The notes beneath the pieces are model-generated. The model saw only the letters and a list, made by a program, of their open reading frames with translations. It searched no databases and was not told the DNA's origin. A program made the translations under genes and the position numbers. From Hypanus sabinus (taxonomy: Eukaryota): DNA of 64,000 nt. Shown piece by piece: positions 11,246 to 25,254 of this stretch. Location: contig NC_082731.1 in the NCBI RefSeq assembly GCF_030144855.1, positions 23,932,001 to 23,996,000 on the forward strand. Reading direction: 5' to 3'. The number at the start of each line of letters is the position of its first letter. Position 1 is the stretch's first letter.

Positions 11246-14200
11246 AAATGTTGAATATGTGACTCTACACATTTTGTTCAACAAGGCCGAATACCAAATG
11301 ACAATGATCGTAGTAATAAACAGACAGACATATAACAGATACAGGGTCACTATGTCTCCTCCACCAGGGATTCCATGATAATAATTACTTCAATTAAATA
11401 CAAAAAGTTGATATGACATCTTCCAATTTCGGAGTTGTCTTTGCGAACCTGAAGCTAAGCAACTACCCACAAAAATCTGGTTCGTCATTGCGCTTGAGTA
11501 ATTTTTTGAAAACTTAATTCGTATTCATCTTCAGTTGCCATGAAGAAAATGAATGCAAAGCGATTATTCTGGTTGATGATTATGGAATGCTTATGAAATA
11601 GCTTCTGCTGCAGTCACCTCTCAGATGTTATTGTATATCCAATTAATAACATGTTGCTTGCTGTTCATTTTCTTGAAGAATAATAGTCCGGCTACTGTAT
11701 AAGGGATGCATCCCATCACTGGCATGTTATATTTCAAATGGAGTTTCAAATTCGTTTATTTTTATCGAACATTTCGACTCTATAATATTCAGCTCAGAAG
11801 AACGTAATTTTGTCGTGTTCCACATAGACAAAAATGTGTAATCGTGCTTTGTTGTTTAACAATGATGTCGGAACTTTTGGAGTTCTCATGTGGATGGAGG
11901 GTGCTTAAACATTGTGCGTAGAATTGAACGTACCTGCAAGGTGAATTGGAATTGAGTGTTGTGCAATCAGCACAGACATATTCAAGATCTGAAGTCACAA
12001 GAACCCTTTGGGGGAAGTGACCACAATATTATCATATTTACCGTGAAATTTGTGAAAGGTGTCTTGTCATTTATCAGTATTAAAGTGGAAAATTGCGTTA
12101 CAGCTCTCTAAGAGAGGCAGTTGGCCAGAATTGATCGGAAAGTAACTCGCGCAGGAATACTAGCATAACAGCACGAGCTCGAAATTCGGAAAACAATTTA
12201 GATTGCTCTGGATATATAGTGATATATTGGACGTGTTTCTGATGTTTCCTATGGTAGGAAAACCTAGAACAAGAAGATACAGCCTAAGAATGGATGGGGC
12301 CCTTTTCAGCCATGAGATGATGGTATTTTTTTGTTATTGGCAGTATTGAATCTGTGAAGCTCATTGCCGCAGACAGCTGTGTAGGCCAAGTATTTATTTA
12401 TATTTATGGTAAAGTTGTACAGATTCTTGATTGATCAGCGGATGAATAGATGTGACGAGAAGGCAGGAAATTTCGGCTGAGACAAAAAGTGGTTCTGCCA
12501 TGATGAAATGGCGTAGTATGCTGATGGTTTATATGAACTAATTCCCTCCTATGTTCAAATGAATTGAAGTATAATAGTCTCTGAAGTACTTAAACAAGAA
12601 AAGTTACACAAAGCTCAACATGCATGTTTCGAATGCGTCATACAGATAAGAGATCTAACTTCTGAAGCAGAATCCAATGTTTATGTACTTTTTTTATTGT
12701 ACGCTTCATTTTATGTGAAGCTATGGTCAGTCAAAGTACATGGATACAGTTTAATTCTTTCTATTTAAACAATTGAAATGTTATATGTAACTTCAATGGA
12801 ACGTGACTGAGAATCAGCGACAGCTGTAAGAGTTAGAAATCCTTGGCGATTTAAATTATATTGTAGGCGGTTAATGTCGGTAAAAATCTAATGCTTGTCT
12901 TGTAATAGGAGAGCGAGACGTGTGATGACAATTAATGACACAAGAATCCAGTAGAGTGTGATGAAATATTTGACGCAAATCAAATATCATATGATTGACT
13001 CGAAGAGAGTTCAAAGCATGGTGGCTTCCTAACAATGTATAATATTGTCTAATTAGGATATATGCGCCTCTTTTGTCATTGACTGGTCCCGTTGTGCCTC
13101 CAGAGAATCAGTAGAAATGATTCTTTTATTGGTATTCATTACTGTCTTATCGTCAAATATGAGGCAGAATGCTGAGTTAATTTAGAATAAAAGACACAGA
13201 AAACGCTGCTAAAACTAAAGTGGTTTTAAATACAGTAGCACTGATGGTTGAACAAAAAATATCAAATGCCAATGCAAAGTGGATTTGTCACTGCTGAAAG
13301 AAACAGCGAACGTATTCAAAAGAAAACATGGAATAAAACTTCAGACATGAGTAAGCATTTATAATCTTCTTGATTTGTTCCGTCTGTATGGAGTAGAGGT
13401 GTAGGTTTGCCTAAAATTGTTCAAGTTATTTGAGATTTTTCAGCACAGTTTGCTCATCCCGCCGACGTACATGACAGTGTAGGAGATCATGAGCTCGTAA
13501 GGTGATAATTGCTTTCACGCAGTTGTTAGAAAATCGGACTAGTGTGCCGCTGTTACGGTAGAGCACCACGGTGATACTCCGAAACCGGTAGATTGTACGA
13601 TGTATGGTCCGCTGCCTTCACTGGAAATCCTTTGGAAATGTATTGATTATTTGCAAAACGCAGTTTCGGGATATATCACTCTTCTAGTAAACATCATTCC
13701 TTTTTGGAACTAATACACTCCGATTTCTCAGTTTCATCATTTGCCGTTTTTATCGATCAAATGGAAAATCTGGAGAAGAGAGATTTGTCTTTAGACGACA
13801 ATTCAATTCGTAACCCCTAAGCTCTGAAGTTGAATCTTAGCAATGTGTTCGAGAGTCACGTGATACTGGCATGCAAAGTAAACATCATTATTCAAGAAGG
13901 GGATGTGTATGGATTACAGGGGGGCCCGAGTTTATGCTTTTCAAATCCTGGGCTATTTCGCTGTTTAAATACGTAATAAATAAATGATAAATCCGAAAAT
14001 GTGTCCTGAATGTAAATGACTAACAGAATAGGTAATAATCTAATATATCAGTTGTTAAAAGGACAAGCCAAATGATAATTTATGAGAAATTACTTAAGTA
14101 CATACACACAGACAAGAGCAGAGAAAAAGTTGAATAAGTTACTCGATTACTGGAATAAGTAGACAGACAGATACGCAGACAAATTGAAGCAAAATGGTCA

Positions 14201-15559
14201 CGTGGATAGAGGTATAATTAAATATAAGCCAATAAATAAATTACTTTTCAAATTATTCAGCTGACACTGCGCCTCCTGGTGCTCAGTTTGAAAAAAAAAA
14301 TGGAACATCTGCTGACATGTGTGTCTATTCATGAACAGCCTGAGGAAAAACTGAATGTGGCATGTACTGTCAGTTCCAGGTAGGCGTTATTCGTTTACCT
14401 CTTCATGCAAAATATGGTATTACTTGTGTTTAGTGGTCCTGCTGTAAAATATTCAATATGCATTATAATAAGACATCACTGAGACAAAGCGGACCAGGCG
14501 GTAATAAAAAACAATATCATAGAAATCATATAAATATAATAAATCATAGAAGACCAACGTAAATGCAGATAATGCTGTTTGAAAAATCTACAATCTGGCA
14601 CATTAAAGTATCTAGAAGACTTTTAACGTAATCTGAATATTTACACACACTTCATCAATTGTCAAACTTCATTCACCAATTTAATATTTAGATTTCATGC
14701 TCATAAAAGTAACCAGACCATAATGTGAATTCAAGGCTAATCGAATTTAATTTCTAATTCTTAAGAATTATATCATCAATGATCTGCCATAATGTAATAC
14801 ATTAATCCAGTAAATAATATAATATTAAAAAGATGTTCAACGAGAACAGCTAAATAAACACAACATTTTCTAATAAACAGAAAACGCAGTCATAAACAAG
14901 TAGCAAAAAATAACAGAAATATGCTGATATAAAAGAACAATAATAGTCTCTAAATCTGGATTCTTCTCAATATCACTAGAACACTGTAAAAAATCCAGTG
15001 ATGAATTAGGCCAACATAACAATTTAAATATACATCTGTACAAAGCCACACGAGGAAATACCACTAAATCAGTTTACAGACATTTCAGAAATTAGTAGAC
15101 TTGGCTATGCCGTTTTCTCAGGTTTTAAAATATTTAGCTGAAAACATATAGAACCCGCAAATAAAATATATTAAGATAATGCTAAGATATTTACGATCTA
15201 GATAACAACAGTACTGAAGCACATAAAAGAAAAGCCTGCTGAATTCATATCAAGGCTAAATATGTACGTGACTGCTCCCGGTGAAGAAAACTGAACTAAA
15301 TGACTTCAGGAACAAGGAAAAATCCTGAAACAGGAAATTGAAAATGATTCAACGCGCAAACATATTTCTGCAAACACTTTGGAAAATGTCCTTTATATTG
15401 CTCAAATTCTCATTACGGAACAGATGGAATATTCACCGTTCTGCAGTGTTGTCCAAGCGAATGCTTTAGCTCCACTATCGCAGGCGATATTGCAACCAAC
15501 TGGAATGTTCACAAGCATACAACTATATAAATTTGCAATATCTCCATACCTCCTAATGA

Positions 15560-17350
15560 AAACTGCAGGATAAATAAACTTGTGACAGTAGGGTATTTTA
15601 ATGTCCCAAGTACTGATTGGGACTCCCATAATGTTAAACGTCTAGTTGGTTTGGAGTTTGTAAAACGTGTTCAGAATTCTTTTTTTTTTCTAAATACACA
15701 TATAGAAGTACAGACTGGAGAGGATGCAGTATTAGATATCCTATTAGGGAAAGAGGTCGGACAGATGATAGAAGTGTGTACAGGGGAATACCTAGTTACC
15801 AGTGATCTAAACATCTTTAGTTTCAACGTGATCGTCGATAAAGGAAGATCTGGTCCTCGGATAAAGGCTATCAAAAAAAATGCCAAATTTGAAGAAATGG
15901 GAAAGAATCTAAAACACGTGGATTGGGATAGGTTGTCCTCTGGAAAGGATGTTGTTGGTAAGTGTGAGGCCTTCAACGGAGAAATTTTGAGAGTGCAGAG
16001 CTTGTAAGGTCCTGTCAGCATTAAAGGCAAAGTGAATAAAAATAAGGAACTTGGTTCTCTCTGGATATTGGAACTCTAGTAAAGAAGATTAGAGAGATGT
16101 ATGACATGCATAGGAAACGGGGAGAAAAAAAGGTACTTCAGAAGTATAAAAAGTCAAAAAAAAAACACTTAATAAAGAAATCAGAAGTGCTAAAATAAGA
16201 TTGCTTTGGCAGTCAAGATGAAGGTTATTCCAACGAGATTCTACAGGTATATTAAGAGCAAAAGGATAGTAAGGAATTTTATTGCTCTTCTTGAAGATCA
16301 GAGTGGTCGGCTCTATATGGAACCAAAATAAACGGGGAAGATCTTAAATGTTGTTTATTTTTTCCCCTTCTATATAATAATGCAAACAATTAATGATGTC
16401 ATGGAACATATACAGATAGAACAGGAGGAAGTTCTTGCTGTCGTAAGGCAAATCAGATAAATTCCGAGTACCTGACAGCTTATTCCCTCCGACCTTGAAG
16501 GAGAATCGTATTGAAATTGCAGAGGCTCTAGCAGATATATTTAAAATGCAAGTATCTATGTGTGAGGTGTCGGAGGATTGGAGGAGAGCTCATGTTATCA
16601 CATTGTTGTAAACAAGGTTCTCAAAGTAATCCATGACATTACAGTTCGGTGAATTTGACGTCTGCAGGAGGTAAGTTATTTGAAGGATAATGGCAGATGT
16701 CGAGAGTGGTATTGGAGGATTACTCCCCTTCCTGGAGACCTGTGATATTAGTGTGCTACAGGGATCCGTGCCTGGTCCATTGTTATTTGTCATCTATTGC
16801 AATGATATGAATGATAATGTGTTGAATTGGTTCATCAAATTTGCTGATGAAAGCAAAGACTGGCGTTGAGGCCGACAGTGGGGAAGGGTTTCAAAGCTTG
16901 CAGAGGGATCGTGCCCAGCTGGAGAAAAGGGCTGAACAATGGTAGATAGAGTTTAATGCACACAAGTGTCAGGTTTTGCACTTTGGAAGGTAAAACAAGG
17001 TCGAATATACAAGGTAAATGGTAGGGCACTGAAAAGTGCAGTAGAACAGAGGTATCTGGGAGTACAGGTACAACATTCCCTGAAAGTGACGTCACAGGTC
17101 GATCAGGTGGTATAAACAGCTTTTGGCACATTTGTCTTTATAAATCGAAGTATTGTGTATAACGGATGAAATGTTATAGTGACATTGTCTCGGGCTTTGG
17201 TGAGGCCGAACTTGGAGAATTGTGTGCAGTTTTTGTCAGCGAACTACAGCAAGGATACTAATAAGGCAGAAAGAGTGCACAGAAGGTTAGATATGATGTT
17301 GCCGGGACTTGAGAAACTGAGTTACAGAGAAAGTTTGAATAAGTTAGGGC
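15560..17350 (+). mobile_element. Degraded CR1 ORF2 (endonuclease + RT fragments)
   Basis: GLEFVKRVQNSF, AVLDILLG, QGSVPGPLLFVIY, KFAD, LVRPNLENCVQF; many frameshifts. Confidence 0.85.
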
Positions 17351-18029
17351 TTCATTCCTCTAGATGGCTGCGAAACTGCAGTAGGTTTTGCAGAATAATT
17401 TTTCGTTGTTGATATTTTTTGGCAGTATGTTCCCCGCCAGTTGACTGATCTCAGCTTTTTCAGTATTTTAGAAATACCATGTAAAAACATTTTGTTTTTT
17501 TTATGCTATCCATAGTGCGGACGCAAGTGCCTTTGTATGGTTAAAGTGCGCTCAGAACAAGTTGCTTCTCCTACAATCTGGATATGAAGCAGTGTCCCCT
17601 TTATGGTAACCGAAAAAAGGACGGAATAGCCCGGACCCATGCGTGTGCCCTGGTTGAATCTTTTATTTGATTCCCATTCTCTAGCCATTTATCTCTTCCA
17701 TAATTTATCATCCAAGCTCTTTATTTCCTGTTCCCCTCCCTGTGTCACCTATAACCTTGCATTTCTCCCACGCTTTCCCTAACCTTACAACTCAATTCCA
17801 CATTTTATTATTCTATGTTTATTCCAGTTCTGCTGAAAGTTCTCGGACCGAATAGTCAAATGTACTCATTTCCAAAAATGAAGCCTGGATCCAAATTCAT
17901 TTTCGTTTTAAACAGATGTCAATGAAATCCTTAACTTTGCCCATGGACCGTACAGTACATAACATCGTTTGATAGCCACAGATTAAACGTCTATCTCTTC
18001 GAATTCTCATAATTTCGAACGGACTATGT

Positions 18030-18525
18030 TGCTTATGCGGTTTTCAATGAAGACATTGGAAAGAGTATAGAGGAGATTTACAAGGATGCCGTCTGGTTTA
18101 CACACTATGGATTATGATCAGAGATTAAGGGTGCTAGGGCTTTACTCTTTGGAGAGAAGGAGGAAGAGAGGAGACATAATAGAGGTGTACAAAATAATAA
18201 GACGAACAGACAGAGTGGAGAGCCAGCGACTATTCCCCATGGCACCACTGAGCAGTACAAGAGTACATGGCTTTATGGCAAGGGGAGGGAGGTTCAAATG
18301 GAATATTAGAGGAAGGCTTTTCATTCAGAGAGTGGCTGATGCGTGGAATACACTGCCTGAGTCAGTGCTGGAGGCAGTTACTCTACTGAATTTTAAGAGA
18401 GTAATAGACAGGTATATGGAGGAATTTAATTTGGGGGGTTACATGGGAGGAAGGGTTTGAGGCTCGGCAGTATATTGTTAGCCGAAGGGCAAGTAATGTG
18501 CTGTACTATTCTATGTTCTATGTTC
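18030..18525 (+). mobile_element. 5'-truncated CR1 LINE with (CTATGTT)n tail
   Basis: RLRVLGLYSLERRRKRGDIIEVYKII...FIQRVADAWN, followed by 'ttctatgttctatgttc'. Confidence 0.88.
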
Positions 18526-21254
18526 CAAGACAGTGAACGACCGGATGTCACGTTGGTATAAACGTTTGTTTTGAGGATACGTAGATTCTTGCTCCCATTC
18601 TTTTTCTGCTGGCAATGGTGCAGTCTCTTTTAAATAAAGTCCAAAATTTCACAGTTTTATCTTCAGGAGGGATGTCGTGATGTGTTGTCTTTTTTTTTTT
18701 GGTTTGTTGATTTTTCGAAGACTTGGTCATGCTCCTCCATTGCAGAAAATGCGATACCTCTCAATATCTTCACGATTCAGCACCTAGATAGCACTGTTGT
18801 ATCGATTGCTGCATAGCTAGTAGGTATCTTGTGGCCGTCACATGATCATGAAGTAATTGAGTTTCTGATGAGCGTGATGCAATGGTCTTGTGATTGTGGA
18901 GTGATGTATTTTACCGCCAGTTTGAGGTCACATATTGTAATTTTCCCGCCAATGAGAGGTCATGTGATGTCCTGTTTTTTACAAGTATAAAACCGGGAAA
19001 GCCTGCTGTGAACGCAGGAGTTCCATGTTTTCCTTGGGACGTCGTTTAAGCCAGATGTTACGCCGTTATGCTGCGTATTTGGATTCAGGGCGCAGTTTTG
19101 TTTGAAAGTGGAGTTTTGATTCTTACTGAAAAGTACATTTTCGTTGTGCTGGCAGTTTTGAAAAATCTCTGCCAGTTATGTTTGATGTATAATTTATAAC
19201 ATTGATCATTACAGAAAATATTATAATTACCCGAGTTAATATAGTTTAAGAATATTTTCGACCACGTGCTAAGATACATTGAGATGTAAAATAATTATTG
19301 TTTAGTTATAGGTATTTCTACCAATGTCAGCATGGATGCAACCTTTTATCCTCATATATGCACCTCTCCCTGAGGCTTCCTCCTTCGCTCGAACGTTCTG
19401 TCCCATATTTAGTTATGCCTTGAGATGCCCGTAGAATCATTCTTTAACCATATTTAGTGATGCTTAGCACTTTTAGAGTTTAATGACTATTGTTTCACCG
19501 GTTGCCGAGTAGAGTTTCTTTCTGACTGCTCAATAACATAAGGTACCTACAAAATAATTGATAATAAGCTAATTATTCCCCTTAAACCATTCCCCCATCT
19601 ACCTATCACTCTACCTGTTTACTTTTTCCTTCATCACTTTGGACACGCGCTAGACTGATTCGTTACGGATTCGACCAAGACTGAAGCTGTGTAACATTGC
19701 CACAGCCAAGACTGTGAGTGCACTAATCACATTCCTAAGATTTTGAAGCTACACCTGGAGGTTGGTGAAGGAGTACCGCAAAGTAAGCCACCCTTTGAAT
19801 CAACCTTTCTGCGTTTACCCTGCTTGGGGAAGAAAGGGAGGACGACAACAGTAGAATATGACTAAGTTCATCATAACTATTCTTAGTAGCAGGATGGGAT
19901 CAAAATAGAGAAAGAAAACCTTCTGGATGCTGAGGGAACAATTGCCTATGGTCTGCAGTACCTGTGTTTGTCTTGGCAGACTCAAAATCGCTGAATGTAT
20001 TGCTTGCGGACGACAGTCGTCTGGTTTTAGGGGTGTTCCAATTCAGGATTGGGCACAGTTTTGAAAATGGTCAAATTCGTCACCTGCACATTACACCCTC
20101 TGAGCTAAACCTCCCCACAGACAAATTGGTGCTTCTGTCATTGAATTTGCTTGTAGTGGATAAATTGGATTATTATCAGTTTGGTGACTAGCTCCAGATC
20201 AGAAGCGAAAACATCCAAATCACCATATCCTGACCACGATGAAATTCGAGTCCACAGTCCATAGTTTGTTGGTAACATTGCTTGAACTACCTGCTGGGAA
20301 GCCGGAAATTTGATATGGAGTCGTTGTACTGAAGATCGCATAAAGGGCCGGGAATGACATAGCTGAGATAGGATAGAGCTGTGCATCATTTTCGAGCTTC
20401 TTGTTACGGCATTCCACGAGCTTACTGCAACAAGAATGCACTGAATTTTAAATAGTTGCTGATATTGAGCCCTGCAAAGGCGACTATAGCTCAGCGATAT
20501 GACACTTCTACAGGTACCGTTTGCTCTGCCCTTGTGGAATGGGATATAGCGCGGTTTAATTAGTCGAAACAGTCTGCCATACCGCTACTGCTGAGAGAAT
20601 GGAATAGACTCGAGTCGTGAAATGCGGTGATACAGAGAGTCGGGGTTTTTATAAATGTAAGTGAGTATTCCTATATGGCTCAGTCTCAGTTATTTTGAAG
20701 TCACTTCATGATATTTAAGAATCATGAAGAAACATACCTCAGGGAAAAGGGATCTCTTCTCCATTTTTCAGCTTTTTGTGCGGCCATGTAGCCCTGAGAA
20801 CGAAGTCAGCATTTTCCGTTTTATCCTTTTATTTTCTCTGCCGTAACAGGGAGAGATTTATTTTGTGATGCGGAGAATGTTTAAAGAGCACTGAATTCCT
20901 TTGCAATTGTAATAGCTATTTCGTTTTACAAGGGCAAAGTGGACAATACATTATCATGATATTGGACACCGATGGGTGATTGTCACTAATGAGGGTGAAC
21001 GTATTCCCATAAAAGCACTGGCTAAATTTTTAAAGTTATACCACTCACAAGGCCGCTCTCTCAACCTGCGCTCGTCTTTGCAGCGGGATGACAACGTGAC
21101 GAAATGTCGACGTTGTCTTCATTCCACCACGCATCACTTATTATACGACTGCACGTAGGAAGAATGTAATCACTGGCAAAACTGATCTGACGAAATGTTT
21201 TATTGTCAATAAATAGATAGATAGATAAGGATGGAGTAAGAAAGGGAGGAGGGG

Positions 21255-21670
21255 CATTACCGGAAATCAATGTTCATATCATCAGGTTGGAGTCGACCCA
21301 GACGGAATTTAAGGTGTTGTTTCTCCAGACCGAGCGTGACTTCATCTTACAGGTGAGGAGGCAATGCATTGACTTATCGGAGAGTGAATGGGACGTGGGA
21401 TTAAAATTAGCGGCTGTTCGGCGATCCTGATTACTGTGGCGGACAGAGAGTTTGTATTTAGCGAAGCAGTCTGCCGATCTGCGTCGGGTCTCACCAATAT
21501 GCAGAAGCCAAACACGGAGCTCCGGACATAATATATCACACCAGCAGATTCACAGGTGAAGTGTTGCCTCACTTGGAAGGACTGTCTGGGGACCTGAGTT
21601 GTGGTGGTAAGGGAAGACGTGTAAGGGCAGGTGTAGCACTGTAACAGCTTATTTGCTGATGTCAATTTCT
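21255..21670 (-). mobile_element. Penelope-like element GIY-YIG/3' fragment, inverted relative to the main copy
   Basis: FQVRQHFTCESAGVIY; it is the reverse-complement homolog of ~23110-23420. Confidence 0.78.
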
Positions 21671-21729
21671 GAAGACAGCTTATGTACTGCTGTCAACTGC
21701 AACCGAGGCACAGCGACAAATCACTGATA

Positions 21730-24030
21730 CCTCCTGATACCTACCGCTGAAACATGACCCCACTAAGGAACACAAATCCATTTACTCCCACGCCAACACT
21801 GACCTTATCAGATCTGGGGATCTCCCTTTCACTGCAAACGACCTCTTAGTTCCCACAGTCCTCACTTCCCGTTTCTAACTCCTAACTAAGATTCATGAAC
21901 AGGCCTGTCCATGAAGACCCATTGTCTCTGCTTGTTCCGACCCTAACGCACTTATTTCTACATATCTCAACACTCTTTTATTTCCCCATGTTCAATTTCC
22001 TTCCCACCTATGTTCGCGTCTCTTCTCATGCTCTGGATTGTTTCAATGATTTCAAGATTCTCTGAAAACCATTGTCTAGTTTACATGATAGATGTCCAGT
22101 CCTTACATACCTCCATTTCTCACCAGGAACTCCACAGACCGCTCTGTTTCTTTTTGGATTCCAGACGCATCCAGTTCACGACTAACACTACTCTCCTCCG
22201 TCAAGCGTAATTTGTCCTTATTTTTAATAGTTTTCCTTTGGCTCCTCCTACTTCATTCAAAATAATCCTGTAATTATGGGCACCCGTATGGGAGTCTGCA
22301 TAGGCTGCCATTTTGTTGGCTATGTGTGGCAGTTCATGTTCCAAGCATATAATGGTATCCGTCCCCCACATTTCCTTTGCTACCTCGACGACGGTATTGG
22401 TGCTGTTTCGTGCACCCATGCTGACCTCGCAGACTTCATCAACTTTGTCACCAATCCACCCTGCCCTCAAATTTACTTGGTCCATTTAGAACACCTCCTT
22501 CCACTTCCCTGATCTCTCTCTGTCTCTATGTCTGGAGACAGCTTATCTACTGATGTCTACTATAAGCCCAAGGACTCAAAAAGCAACTTGACAACTTCGC
22601 TTCCCACCCTGTTACTTGCAATAATGCCATCCTCTTATCCGAATCCATTCGTCTCTGCCGCATATGCTCTCAGAATGCGACACTTCCTTCCAAGACGAAG
22701 GAGGTTTTCTTATTTTGTTAAAGAAAGGTCCTTCCGTTCTCCCATCATCTATTATGCCCTCAATGGCATCTCACCCTTTTCACGCACATCTGCTCTCACC
22801 ACATTCTCCGTCCATCCCACCAGTGATAGGGTTCCTCTTTTTCCGCAAACAAAACCAAACAGCCTCCATGTCCAACGTATGATTCTCCGCAACCTCCGCC
22901 ATCTTCAACGTGATCCCACCACCAAGCACATGTTCCCCTCACCCCAGCATTCTGCTTTCCGCAAGTATCTCTCCCGATGCGAGTCCCTTGTCCATTCGCC
23001 CACCTCCATCTTTTCCACACCGATCGCCCTCCTGGCATTAATCGTTGTAAGCGGTACAACTGCTGCACCTGCCCTAACAATTCGCCCCTCACTACCATTC
23101 AGAGCCCAATACAGCCCTTCCAGGCGAGGCGCTACTTCACTGTGAATCTGCTGGTTTGAAATTCTGTGTCCGATGTTCCCATGTGACGTTCTATATATTG
23201 GTGAGACCCGACGCTGATTGGCAGATCGCTTCACTGAACACCTACGCTCTGTCGGCGAGAGTGCACAGGATCACCCCTCTCCATTCCCTTTTGCGATATG
23301 AGAATCCATAGCCACTTTCTACTGTCGACATGAAGCCACACTCAGTTTGGAGGAACAACACCTTATATTCTGTCTGTGTAGCCTCCAACCTGACGGCATG
23401 AACATAGAATTCTCTAAAGACAGTTAATGACCCTCTTCCACATCTGACCCGATTGCTATTCATTAATCAATCGATCAAGCAATCAATCAATCAATCAATC
23501 AATTAATTAATTTACCCATTCACCCATTCATACATTCATTCATTCATTTACTTATCCATTTATCTCTTTGATTGTTTGTCTGGTTATCTATTTATTTATC
23601 CATTTATCTATACGTTTATTTATCTATCTATCTATTTATCTATTTATCTGCTTGATTGCTTGCTTGCTTATCCTCCCATGCCTCCCCTCTTTCCCTCTCA
23701 AAGTAACCACGTGTCTGTGCTCCATCTTCCTCTGGTGCTCCCTTCCGCCTCTTTTTTTTCATTCAGTTCGTTCCGTTTCATGATACTCGCACTTCTCCAG
23801 CCTTGTAACATTTTTGCCAATCAACTTACCAGGTCTTGGTTTCATCCCAACCTAGCATGTCTTCTCCTATCAATTCGGGTCTCTCCCTCCTCCTCCCACT
23901 TACAGATCTCTTACTCTTTCTTTATCCCGTTAGTCATGACGAAGGGTCTCGAACCTATACCTCGAAATTAATTCTTCCTATAGATCGTGCCTGTCCTGCT
24001 GCGTTCCATCAGCATTGTCTTTGTGTTTTC
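21730..24030 (+). mobile_element. Penelope-like retroelement (RT + GIY-YIG), degraded, with simple repeats in its 3' part
   Basis: MGTRMG...FVGYV, CYLDD, TDVYYKP and LYIGETRR*LADRFTEHL. Mixed TCAA/TTCA/TATC repeats lie at ~23465-23660, and a 'gacgaagggtctcg' tail near 23940. Confidence 0.82.
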
Positions 24031-25154
24031 CATACATCAGTAGTCAGCACTGAGGTGAAGTTGAAGATTGTAATTTCAATTACAAACAGAATGATAAGAC
24101 GGGATATGCCGACTTTCTAAAATAGGATCTGCTATAACTCTTGATAGATGCGTCTACTCTTCTGACACAATATGCAACTGGAATGTAAGAGAGAAACGGG
24201 AAAAGGGAGAATCCATTCCGATAAATCAATGCCTCGAACAAAGCAGAAGCCTCTCGGATTCTAACGATTTTTTAACTGCTTCTTACGAATTCAAATCATA
24301 TTATTTTCGAAGAACTTCGAGAACAGGGCTATTTGATCACGGAGCTGTTCGGTGATTTGAGTAGAATCACTGGTGGTGGCAGAGAAGCCGTCCGTGGTGT
24401 CGAAGGGTTTGGCATTCCTTTCTGAGAAGAAGCTGGCGTGTATATCCGGGAAGTGGTCTGTTAGTGGCCGACAGTAAACTGAAGGAACCGGCTTGGGTTC
24501 CGAGGAGTTGCCTGCCTGTAGATGGTATTTCTGCATGCTACCCGAAAGCAGCAAATCTAGCAGATTACGATCACCTGCAGCATAATCTTGCGAGATACTC
24601 TGGGACATTTCAGATACAATTCTAGTTCTCTTTCATTTATAACTCAGTTGGATAGTGAAAACAGCAGTTCACGCAGGCGTGTCAAGCGTGTCTGATGTGC
24701 GCTGAGAATATATCACCTCTGTTGACACAGTCGTAGCAAAGGCGACGCCTCAGGCAAATGTTGTTTTTACATTCGCGAATAGCATTGCACATGGCATGGA
24801 TGGCCTTCGGAAATACAAATCAGTAACTCTCACTTCAATAGAGGGGAGCTATCGGAGGAGATTTGTCCTGACAGGTTTTATGAGTATGTGAAGAACATTA
24901 AAGACTGCCAGCTTGTATTTGGGATTGGAACATCAAGCCCTACTGGCTGATTGAATTCCTTGAGTAAGTGGCAAAGTACAAAGATTGTAATTTGTTTAAG
25001 ACAGAAATATTGATGCGGTGCAATTGTATTTTAGTAAAATTGTGTTGTCCTTAAGGCATTTATTTAACCATACTAATTTTCCGCTTTAAATAATTTGATG
25101 TAACTCTTTGCTAGTTAAAGTTAAAGATTAATAACCACGTTACAGTTGACCGAA

Positions 25155-25254
25155 AGATAAAATTCATTGTCTATACGGCGGCATACGGTGACGTCACCTT
25201 CGTTTTCACCGCGTCCTGTGGTTAACTTCCTGTCGGAAAAGGAGAAAAGGGCGG
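25155..25254. promoter_or_regulatory. Candidate cis-regulatory cluster (GATA, CRE, RUNX, ETS, GC box)
   Basis: AGATAA 25155-25160; palindrome GGTGACGTCACC 25187-25198; TGTGGTT 25217-25223; ACTTCCTG 25225-25232; GGGCGG 25249-25254. Motif match only. Confidence 0.4.

Noticed and set aside
24291-24608. ORF starting MSQSISQD, superficially like a V exon start
   Set aside because: No Cys23/Trp41/YYC spacing in any frame examined, and no RSS, leader or acceptor.
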